A stretch of DNA of 62,270 bases, counting the filler, from Rhabdomonas costata (lineage: Eukaryota): the NCBI GenBank assembly GCA_019059605.1. It is 15 parts of 15 records of this genome, joined end to end, with 100 filler letters (N's around TTAATTAATTAA, not from the genome) between each part and the next. Parts side by side here need not be neighbours in the genome. Positions count along the whole stretch, not along the records: positions 49,951 to 53,990 come from JAHMHO010000391.1; positions 54,091 to 58,129 come from JAHMHO010000392.1; positions 58,230 to 62,270 come from JAHMHO010000393.1; 12 more parts are not named here. One strand, written 5' to 3'. The translations under genes were made by a program, and so were the position numbers. Shown piece after piece: positions 50,407 to 62,270 of the stretch; positions within the stretch are counted from its first letter, which is position 1, and every line of letters begins with the position of its first letter. The notes beneath the pieces were generated by a model that was given only the letters and a program-made list of their open reading frames with translations, had not been told where the DNA came from and made no database searches.

Positions 50407-52339
50407 CCCATCAAAGCTGCCAGCTGCCGGCAGAGGCAAAGCCCCACTCCGGAGCCGAAGCCTGGAAGGCAGGCCTGTGCTGCAGGGCACTCCTGACAGG
50501 CGCTGGAAAGCAGCTCAAAGGCTTCCTGCGCGGGCACCGCGCGGGTGCTGCCGCACAGGCTGAACTGCACCCAGGGCCGCGCAGAATCTGCGGTGACCCA
50601 CAGTTCCACGGCTCTGGCCGGGCTGGGCGACCGGGCGGCGACTTGGAAGGCATCTGGAGAAACAAACACAACCGCCGCTGGAATGCGCAGTCACAGCGGC
50701 CCTCAGGGGGACGGGCCTCTGGAGTGAACGCACAAGCATCCCTCACACATACAAACACAACCCGAGAGAGCTGAAGTAATTGGGTAAAAACCCCTTGGTG
50801 CCTCCATCCAGAGCCTTTTGGTCCCTATTTTCCTGGGGGTGGACTGGTCTGGTTCTTGCCTCTGCATGCTTCTGCGCTGTTGGTCGTTTCTTACCAAACA
50901 CATAGACGCAGCCACACACACACACCAGCGAGAAAAAAGGTTTTCGTGGCGAGGAATTTTGAGAATGCTGCGCCATCCATGGGGATATTGACCACATGAC
51001 GTTCCCCTTTGTTTCGTTGGTTTTCACCAGAAGTTCGAAAGCGAGCACCACTTTAGACGGAAGCTCGCCCATTTTTATTCTCCTGCAAGGCCATTAAACT
51101 TGGATAAGGCCATTCCACTTGGGGGTTCTCATCACATGCATACAAAAAGCACACCGTAAAGCAGGTGGGCCAGCACTTGGTACACTCTCTCGGGGTCCCC
51201 GAAGAGCACCTCTGGAACCCTCTCCGCCCGGTGGCACCGCAGGCTCACCCCACCCCTCTCGGAGGCCGCGCTCAGCAGCCGCCGCAGCACCGCCTCCGTG
51301 GAGTAGGGGTGGGGGTGCAGCGGAAGGGCATCCAAGCGGGCCTGGCTGAGGTCCACCCAGTCCGCTATCGTGCGGGCGAGGCGCTGGCTGGAGTCCACGA
51401 TGAGCTGCGCCAAGCTGGGCTGTGCAGAGCCCTCAGCAGAGAGAATCTACGCAGGCAAACATGAAGGGGTCCCAGGTCTTTTTTCTGCGGGAGGGGGAAC
51501 GGTGTTTAACGATTTTAAACGACTCTAGATACACTAATGCCACCTAGCTCATGCCGCGTTCAAATAGGCAGGCAGAACAGCGTCCACAGTTCGGAACAGC
51601 ACCGAAGAACGTCAACCACAAAACTAGCCTGTGAAGTCCAACCCTCCTTGTTGTTATCGCGCAGAGAAATCGCCAAGAAAAACAAGGTATGACACCTCTC
51701 CGCCCAACGCACTTGCCCACCCAATTACCAAATATATGAGCGCAGACAATCAGTGCCTGCTCCTGTACCACATTACACCAACCAGCAAAGTTCATCGCAG
51801 AGGTTCGAACACCAAGTTTCAATTGCAGCATCTTTGCCCTGCCCTCCCTCTCGACGGCAACACGCCTTCCACACATCACGACTAAAACGCGTGACCAATC
51901 AGGTCCTGATGCCTGCACAGAAAGTTAGCAGCCTAATCGAAACTCTTTCCAAGTGGGCTTCCGCTGCGCAGCACACCTGTGCGGGACCGAGGATCGCGTT
52001 GAGCCCAGTATTCAGCTCATGAGAGACACTGGCGAGGAATTCCATGGGTAGTTCGAGACACCTCCCTGAATCTGGCGCTTCGCGGGTGCAGAGAGAAGCA
52101 CCCTCCCTCCACAAAAGCGCTCTCAGTGGCCCGGCGAGGGCCTTGCGGTGCTCGCCGGCTTGCACACAATGCCGAAGTTGCCACCGCGTGACCATGGCGT
52201 GCACAGCACCAGTCGCAACGCAGGCCACGGCCAGCGCAACGGCGCGGGCGGCGGGAGGGCCAACCAGATGGGCCACGAGGACCACCACGGCAGCGTGAAG
52301 GGAAGCACTGAGGAGGAAGTACGCCGCGACGGTGCCCAT
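50407..52339 (-). CDS. Membrane histidine-kinase-like protein (HisKA plus degenerate HATPase_c), 3' end unresolved
   Basis: Exons 52339-51977, 51446-51155 and 50653-50407 give two N-terminal TM segments, H-box EFLASVSHELNTGLNAILG, N-box GDPERVYQVLAHLLYDA and G2-box GSGVGLCLCRQLAALMG. Confidence 0.75.
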
Positions 52340-53362
52340 GGAAACAAAGGGGCCACCGCTTTTTGCGGGCGAGGCGCTGGCTGGAGTCCACGATGAGCTG
52401 CGCCAAGCTGGGCTGTGCAGAGCCCTCAGCAGAGAGAATCTACGCAGGCAAACATGAAGGGGTCCCAGGTCTTTTTTCTGCGGGAGGGGGAACGGTGTTT
52501 AACGATTTTAAACGACTCTAGATACACTAATGCCACCTAGCTCATGCCGCGTTCAAATAGGCAGGCAGAACAGCGTCCACAGTTCGGAACAGCACCGAAG
52601 AACGTCAAGTACAAAACTAGCCTGTGAAGTCCAACCCTCCTTGTCGTTATCGCGCAGAGAAATCGCCAAGAAAAACAAGGTATGACACCTCTCCGCCCAA
52701 CGCGCTTGCCCACCCAATTACCAAATATATGAGCGCAGACAATCAGTGCCTGCTCCTGTGCCACATTACACCAACCAGCAAAGTTCATCGCAGAGGTTCG
52801 AACACCAAGTTTCAATTGCAGCATCTTTGCCCTGCCCTCCCTCTCGACGGCAACACGCCTTCCACACATCACGACTAAAACGCGTGACCAATCAGGTCCT
52901 GATGCCTGCACAGAAAGTTAGCAGCCTAATCGAAACTCTTTCCAAGTGGGCTTCCGCTGCGCAGCACACCTGTGCGGGACCGAGGATCGCGTTGAGCCCA
53001 GTATTCAGCTCATGAGAGACACTGGCGAGGAATTCCATGGGTAGTTCGAGACACCTCCCTGAATCTGGCGCTTCGCGGGTGCAGAGAGAAGCACCCTCCC
53101 TCCACAAAAGCGCTCTCAGTGGCCCGGCGAGGGCCTTGCGGTGCTCGCCGGCTTGCACACAATGCCGAAGTTGCCACCGCGTGACCATGGCGTGCACAGC
53201 ACCAGTCGCAACGCAGGCCACGGCCAGCGCAACGGCGCGGGCGGCGGGAGGGCCAACCAGATGGGCCACGAGGACCACCACGGCAGCGTGAAGGGAAGCA
53301 CTGAGGAGGAAGTACGCCGCGACGGTGCCCATGGAAACAAAGGGGCCACCGCTTTTTGCGGG
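51371..53362. repeat. 993-bp tandem duplication covering kinase exon 1, intron 1 and the start of exon 2
   Basis: Period 993 bp; TGCGGG microhomology at 51371, 52364 and 53357; a few substitutions between the copies within the intron. Confidence 0.92.
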
Positions 53363-54090
53363 TGAACAAAAATAAGCAGCAGAACACCCGGAACGCGAGG
53401 ACCTCACTTACACCAAACAAAAGAGCATCTCCTGCGGCGATCCAAGAGGCAGCATGTGAGCAATAGTAAGCACAAGAGTTCAGGAGTGGGTAGGATTCTT
53501 GTCAAAATGAAAAAAACGATGGGCCATGGACGAGTATGTCTGCATAAAATATGGAATATGGAATATTGAATACGGATTATCGAATTCTGCTGCTTCTGCA
53601 GGCTGCTTTAAGAGACAGGATTCCTTCCTTTCGATTTCAAAAGACGCTATGACAAATTAGAAGGATGGATTCCTATTTTGCGTGAACAACTCCTCCCAAA
53701 ATCCAACCGCACTCTAGAACCACCTCAAAATCACACCACCTCGAGCCTTTTGAAACCTCGTCCCGTCCCGGTTTCCTCGTCCCGAAATGTGCAAAGACGC
53801 ATACTCGTGGACATCATAGAAGAGCAAATGGGAACATACTCTCTCGAAAGGGTTTCCACAGTACTTTCGCAAGCACTAACCCTCAACACAGATGAATGAA
53901 GCACAGCGTGCAACCGATCTCCCCTTGAAAAGCGAAGCCAGTCCCCTGGAGAGCAGCAGTAATACCACCCCACCCAAACACACCCACCACNNNNNNNNNN
54001 NNNNNNNNNNNNNNNNNNNNNNNNNNNNNNNNNNTTAATTAATTAANNNNNNNNNNNNNNNNNNNNNNNNNNNNNNNNNNNNNNNNNNNN

Positions 54091-54247
54091 AGATGAACAG
54101 AAGCTTGTTTTGCTGCGCTAGCGACGAGGTCAAGTCAGCGTTTTCCTGCCGATAGGACTCAATCTTCCACGCAATCAAACTTGAGGCCAGCAGAGTCACA
54201 ACAGCGGAAATGCAGAAAATAGCGACAACGGATATCGAGCAGGACAT
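54091..54247 (-). CDS. 5' end (MSCSISVVAIFCISAVVTLLASSLIAW...) of the same adenylate cyclase, wrapping around the contig end
   Basis: ATG at 54247-54245; 54091-54217 is identical to 58003-58129. Confidence 0.88.
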
Positions 54248-55615
54248 TTTACCAGGACGAAAAAAATAAAAAACGAAGAACGCGCTTGGAAGATGAACGT
54301 GACTGTTTGGCTGAGCTTTCTTTTGAACCACAAAAAAAGGGGGGACCAACGCAAAAGAAAACGGGAGGATTTTCAAAGAGACAGTAATCAAATTGTTCTC
54401 AATTGGTGGATGGCGCCGATACATTCAGGAGTTACTTAGGGAAAGATGACACGCTCAAAGCTCAAAAGTCAAAGGCCGTAGCAGTCGCGATGTGACACAC
54501 AAGCTGAACCAAAAGAGTTACCTTCCGTGTCTTTTAATCGATACCTACTGGAAATGAGAATGAGTCAAAAGCGCCCACTACCGCTTCAAAGAAGAAATAC
54601 GGCCACCGACCACCCACCACAACCATCGCAAACAATCATATAAAGGTTGGGGTGTGCACCGGTAGATGTGCGTGTGCAGGCGGTCAAATGCCCCCAGGGG
54701 AGGAATATAGGGCATGAAACGCGAGTATTGTGCACTAACCTCCAGAAAAACTCTCCTCGGATCCCACAAAGCGTACAACCGCAATATATAATACAAAAAA
54801 AATGAAACGGTAAATGGTACAAATGAGACCAATGAGCTTCTCTTAAATCAACGCAGATTCGAACCCTACGCAAAAATGAAAAGAACCATAGCACACGCGA
54901 ACCCATATCACGACGTTACATCGATTGCCTTACCAAGTGAACTCACTATCTCGGGAAGGGGGGGGCGAGCGCGTGCTCCGACCTTAGCAGTTGTCATACT
55001 ACCACTCCAAATGGAATTCCGCTTCAAAATTTCAAATCTTCAGCAAAAAAAATACAAGAACAAATTTCGATGGCGTCTCAAGTTGGTTGATTTTCAAGAG
55101 CCAATTCACTTGGCACTTTGGGGGAAGGGCTCCCGTAGCAAATCCCGACTTACATGAACGGACCGCCGCAAACTCGCTTCAGTCAACTGGGCATTCACGC
55201 AATTGGAAAACCACCTAATCTTTGAGCACTGCGCTTGGGAGGCTTAGTCAGGAAAAAGGCGACGAGCTCCACGGCAGCTCAACGTTGGCATTGTGCAAAA
55301 CTCCGTGAATGGGTTCATGATCGCGAAACACCACGACATCAGTCCTGGGATGAATAAAATACCACGCCCGCATAGGTAAGAACCACGTTACGGACCTAAA
55401 AATCGACAATACAGGGTTCCCCTGCGCTGTACGAAACGAAATGCAACGAGCGACACCCTGAAGCAAATGCTCAACCTTTATTTCGCAAAACCATTATGCA
55501 ATGCGAAAAAGAAAACGTAAAAAGGAACACTAGCAGCGTGACAATGACACATGACACCCTCAAAGAAAATGGCAACTACCAGACAGAGATGCGCTCCAAA
55601 ACAGCCCAATTTCCT

Positions 55616-58129
55616 TCACTTCTTCTCTGCCAGGTGGTGAACTGGATCGAAACCAACAACATTATCCCGGTAGGCTTCGCAGTCATCTGTAATGGCATCC
55701 AGATGCTTCTTCAGGTTCACCACCTGAATGGCCTCCTCCATGCTGCCCAGCACACTCGCCACGTGATCAGCAGCAAACTGGGGCTCGAACTCGCTCGCCA
55801 CCGCCTTCGCCCGCTGCAGAGCACCTTGCACATCGCCTCGATCATACAATGCCTGAACTCGATTCAGCTGATGAACAAACCTGATCGCGTCCTGAGATAC
55901 ACGGGTGATTTCCAGTAACTCAGGACACCCGGTGGATCTGCGGGGGGTTTTCCTTGCTTTGCTGGTTGGAGAAGTAACCGTGTTCCATGCGTCCCCAACG
56001 CATTTTGTGGCACTTGAGCCCAAAAGCTCATAAACCGTGATGGGATCCTTCAGCCCTTTTAACACAAAAAGGCCCGTGCGTCGGAAGACCAAGTCGCCTA
56101 CCTCAGCGCTACCCATGTATCCGTCGCTCTGACCCAGCTCCTGGAGTAATCCATCCACAACACTGGCAGACACGGAAATGCCGGCTCCGTTGACGTTGCA
56201 CAACCCTTCCAGGCGCGACGCAATATTTACGGTTTCTCCCAGAGCAGTGTAATTCAGCCGACGCTTGGACCCCACACTGCCCACCATGGCCATTCCGGAG
56301 TGCAATCCTACACGGACCGAAAGTGGCCAGCCGTGATCAAGGAAACGATCTACCAGCGAACGCACAGCCGCCTGCAGTCCAAGGGCACCGAAGCAGCCGC
56401 ATGTGTGCTGCGCCGCGCAGTTCAACGGTGCGCCCCAAAATCCCATAATGGCGTCGCCAATGAACTTGTCGATCGTACATCCTTCTTCAGTCAAGGCGTT
56501 CGAGCATTGCTCGAAGTACAGTTGCAGCAGCTCCACAAAGGTCTCCACGTTGTTCCGAAGGCTCGATGTGGCGGAGGTAAAGCCCCGAATGTCGCAGAAG
56601 ATCACGGTGAGCTTCCTTTCGTGCAGCTCGCGCGCCGAGGTGGAGGTCCGCTCTGCGGCAAGAAGGTCCTTCACCACAACAGCAGGAAGATAAAGCAGGA
56701 ACCATTGGATGGACGCGGCCATCTTTCCAAAGGCTGCGCGTAGATTTCTCATCTCCGAGAATTCCACATGATCCTCGCCGCCGGTAGCACGCACAAGATC
56801 CATCTCCAAGTGCGATACCGCCGTCATGTCTGCGGTGATATCATGCAAGGGGGAAAGAAAGGACTTTTGGATCAGCAGGCCAACCCCCACGGTCGAGAAC
56901 ACGGCAACAATGATGATGAACGCGACTAGTGCGGAAACCGTGCTGGCACCAGTGCCCGTCTGGAGGGTTTTTGTGGAAACATCGGATCCCAGCTGAAACC
57001 ACAGAAGCGCGAACATTTCATTCGCAGGACCTTCCAGCCGGATCGGATCGACCCAGACAAAGTCAATCGTCTGCCCTTCAAAGGTGACCGTTGCAGAAGT
57101 CACTCCGGCATCATTGGGACTGGCCACGAAAAATGCAGGATCCCCAATGCGAGGGACGATAACATTGCCGATAAACTGAAAAAGCGGTGGGCTGCTGGTG
57201 TCATTGAGTGGGACGGAGATACAGGACAGGGTATTGGATAAGGGCAGCTGACTCTGAATGCATGAGCGGAGCTGGGCAGCTGCAGCAGGGAAGGAGGTTG
57301 CCACCGGGGTCTGCGAGGCGCCGAACAACACAAAGTAGGTGTTGGGTGATGTAATCAACGAGGCCAGATTCTGCCCCCAGTACACCGTCGAGGCATACGA
57401 CTGCGCCACGATGTTGACCCCCCAGACCTGCATCCAGGTGCTCTGCTGGACAAACCACCAGGGATTGCCATCGCTTGAGGTCCACGGAAGAATGTCGAAC
57501 CTGGATGAAAACCCCAGGCCTAAAACGGCGGAGGAGAAGTACGAAAAATTGTACTGGGCGACCGAAGTGTCCAGCACAGGCAGGAAGGTGTCCCCGGTGT
57601 CCGACTCGTCCACGTGGGCAGCAGGAAGGAGGTTGATTTGGTAGGCGGAGGTGATCGAGGTTGAGGGATCCGTGTACGCGTGAATGGGCTGCAAGCCTCC
57701 GTTGATCAGCGGATCGGCGTACGTTTGCAAGGACTGAACCGAGCTCACTGCCCGTGTGTCAGGCGGGAACAAAAAATTCACTGCAAAGCCGTACTGCTCG
57801 TCTGGGTAGGTCACGCGGTGCGCCCACTGTGCAAACAACGTTGCATTGCACATGGCCAGCGCCCCGGCGGAGGTCCGGATGCCCGGATCCTTGGACACCA
57901 TGGTGTAAACGAGCCGCTGGGTCTCATTTACGGAGAGACGCATCCGTGCCACTTCACGCCGGAGGAAATCCTGCATCCGGCGAAGTTGAACCCCGGCATT
58001 TGAGATGAACAGAAGCTTGTTTTGCTGCGCTAGCGACGAGGTCAAGTCAGCGTTTTCCTGCCGATAGGACTCAATCTTCCACGCAATCAAACTTGAGGCC
58101 AGCAGAGTCACAACAGCGGAAATGCAGAA
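55616..58129 (-). CDS. Intronless receptor-type class III adenylate cyclase (TM - extracellular domain - TM - HAMP - cyclase); 847 aa when joined across the contig ends to 54247-54091
   Basis: Motifs VIFCDIRGFT, IDKFIGDAIMGFWGAP, VRVGLHSG and NYTALGETVNIASRLEG; HAMP-like segment LSPLHDITADM...EMRNLRAAFGKM; two hydrophobic segments. Confidence 0.93.
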   Translation of the reverse strand, partial: FCISAVVTLLASSLIAWKIESYRQENADLTSSLAQQNKLLFISNAGVQLRRMQDFLRREVARMRLSVNETQRLVYTMVSKDPGIRTSAGALAMCNATLFAQWAHRVTYPDEQYGFAVNFLFPPDTRAVSSVQSLQTYADPLINGGLQPIHAYTDPSTSITSAYQINLLPAAHVDESDTGDTFLPVLDTSVAQYNFSYFSSAVLGLGFSSRFDILPWTSSDGNPWWFVQQSTWMQVWGVNIVAQSYASTVYWGQNLASLITSPNTYFVLFGASQTPVATSFPAAAAQLRSCIQSQLPLSNTLSCISVPLNDTSSPPLFQFIGNVIVPRIGDPAFFVASPNDAGVTSATVTFEGQTIDFVWVDPIRLEGPANEMFALLWFQLGSDVSTKTLQTGTGASTVSALVAFIIIVAVFSTVGVGLLIQKSFLSPLHDITADMTAVSHLEMDLVRATGGEDHVEFSEMRNLRAAFGKMAASIQWFLLYLPAVVVKDLLAAERTSTSARELHERKLTVIFCDIRGFTSATSSLRNNVETFVELLQLYFEQCSNALTEEGCTIDKFIGDAIMGFWGAPLNCAAQHTCGCFGALGLQAAVRSLVDRFLDHGWPLSVRVGLHSGMAMVGSVGSKRRLNYTALGETVNIASRLEGLCNVNGAGISVSASVVDGLLQELGQSDGYMGSAEVGDLVFRRTGLFVLKGLKDPITVYELLGSSATKCVGDAWNTVTSPTSKARKTPRRSTGCPELLEITRVSQDAIRFVHQLNRVQALYDRGDVQGALQRAKAVASEFEPQFAADHVASVLGSMEEAIQVVNLKKHLDAITDDCEAYRDNVVGFDPVHHLAEKK
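58003..58129. repeat. 127-bp terminal direct repeat (matches 54091-54217); contig closes into a 3,912-bp unit
   Basis: The first and last 127 bases of the contig are identical. Confidence 0.95.
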
Positions 58130-58737
58130 NNNNNNNNNNNNNNNNNNNNNNNNNNNNNNNNNNNNNNNNNNNNTTAATTAATTAANNNNNNNNNNNNNNN
58201 NNNNNNNNNNNNNNNNNNNNNNNNNNNNNTTGTTTTGGTGACTTTTGATGACTGATGAGGCCCACTTCCACTTGAATGGGAGCGTAGTGAAGCAGAACTG
58301 CAGGGTTTGGGGGGCCTAACAAGCCCCACGAGGTAGCTTTTCGACAGGGGAACTCCCCACATGTTACCGTGTGATGCGGGGCGGCCTCGTGGGGCATTGT
58401 CGGTCCATTCTATTTCGAAGAGGGACGCAAAGTGGTCACTTAACCGGCATGCGGCAGGAGGACTACTTCCACCCCTGCTGGGGCACCACCATGTCGCTCA
58501 AAAGCAGTGTTTTTCAATTCAATTGATTTTCTTAGTAAGGGTATTGGGGCCCCAGGACCCCGCAGGAAAAACATGGCGCATGTGTATGAGGAACCTGCAC
58601 GATAAACTGGACCCCAGTACCAACAGGGAAGAATTTCTTATCACTCCCCCGCTTGTTTGACGCACCCCTGTTTGACGCACGTCTGCAAAACCTCACTGGA
58701 CTTTTATTGGCTGCCTTCACCTGTCACACTGCTGTCA

Positions 58738-61698
<2,961 letters not shown>

Positions 61699-62270
61699 CA
61701 AATAGGTTGAAAGAGCCACATGCAAAAACGCCCCTGGATCCCTGGATGAAAAAGCAAAGACAAAAACTTGAGTGGGCGGACGGTGTGCCAGCCTACAGTT
61801 CTTTCTCTTAAAGTCCAAGCCCGATGTAAAGCCAGTGCAAAAAAGTCCTTCCAAGCCTGAGGAAAGGCGCAAAAGGGGCGGTGCGGATTTCTGTTTTTTT
61901 TTTGGTTGACAACTTGAAGTTGTTAAAATGCACCGAAAAAGTGTAGGTTGCTTTTTTCTAGGAGCCTCCTTTTTTTTGCTGAGGTTTCAGCCCTGGATAT
62001 GCTTGCTTGGCGAATGCCAGGCTGCGAGTCTCTTGCGTTTTCATTTTAGTCGTGGAGACAGGTTTCGGCTCGGTGAGGACAGGGCTGGGAAAAAGTGAAA
62101 CCTGTAAAATTTGCTTCTTTTTATCTTCAATTTTTGTGTGCGAAATGCATCGCTGCACTGCTACAAGAATGAACAATTTACAAGAAGGGACAAGACAGTT
62201 CTGCAGCGGAAAACTAAACAAAAAAGAAACACAGACTGTAAAACACCAATGAATGGAAAGACAAAAACCC

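Overview
This window is not one locus. It is 15 unrelated ~4-kb contigs or scaffolds joined by artificial 100-bp spacers (44 N + TTAATTAATTAA + 44 N): 1-4068, 4169-8233, 8334-12417, 12518-16568, 16669-20720, 20821-24944, 25045-29096, 29197-33232, 33333-37396, 37497-41561, 41662-45704, 45805-49850, 49951-53990, 54091-58129 and 58230-62270. Fourteen pieces look like nuclear DNA of an intron-rich flagellated protist, possibly euglenozoan (inference). They carry spliced fragments of GLE1, an RRM protein, a calpain-like protein, a probable axonemal dynein heavy chain, a P2C Na+/K+-type ATPase, IFT81, a possible CVNH-like membrane protein, a TSP1-repeat protein, a degenerate histidine kinase and an HSP70. 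They also carry decayed tyrosine-recombinase elements and MITE-like hairpins. Contig 4169-8233 is very AT-rich, gene-dense and intronless, and looks like a Mimiviridae-type giant virus: two divergent penton/jelly-roll-like genes and an AAAATTGA early promoter. Contig 54091-58129 closes on itself through a 127-bp terminal repeat; the 3,912-bp unit carries one intronless receptor-type class III adenylate cyclase. Other oddities are a GA-AG intron and GC donors, an IFT81 exon on the opposite strand, an in-frame TGA at a conserved Cys of a TSP1 exon, and a 993-bp microhomology-bounded tandem duplication. All gene identities come from manual motif recognition; no searches were run.
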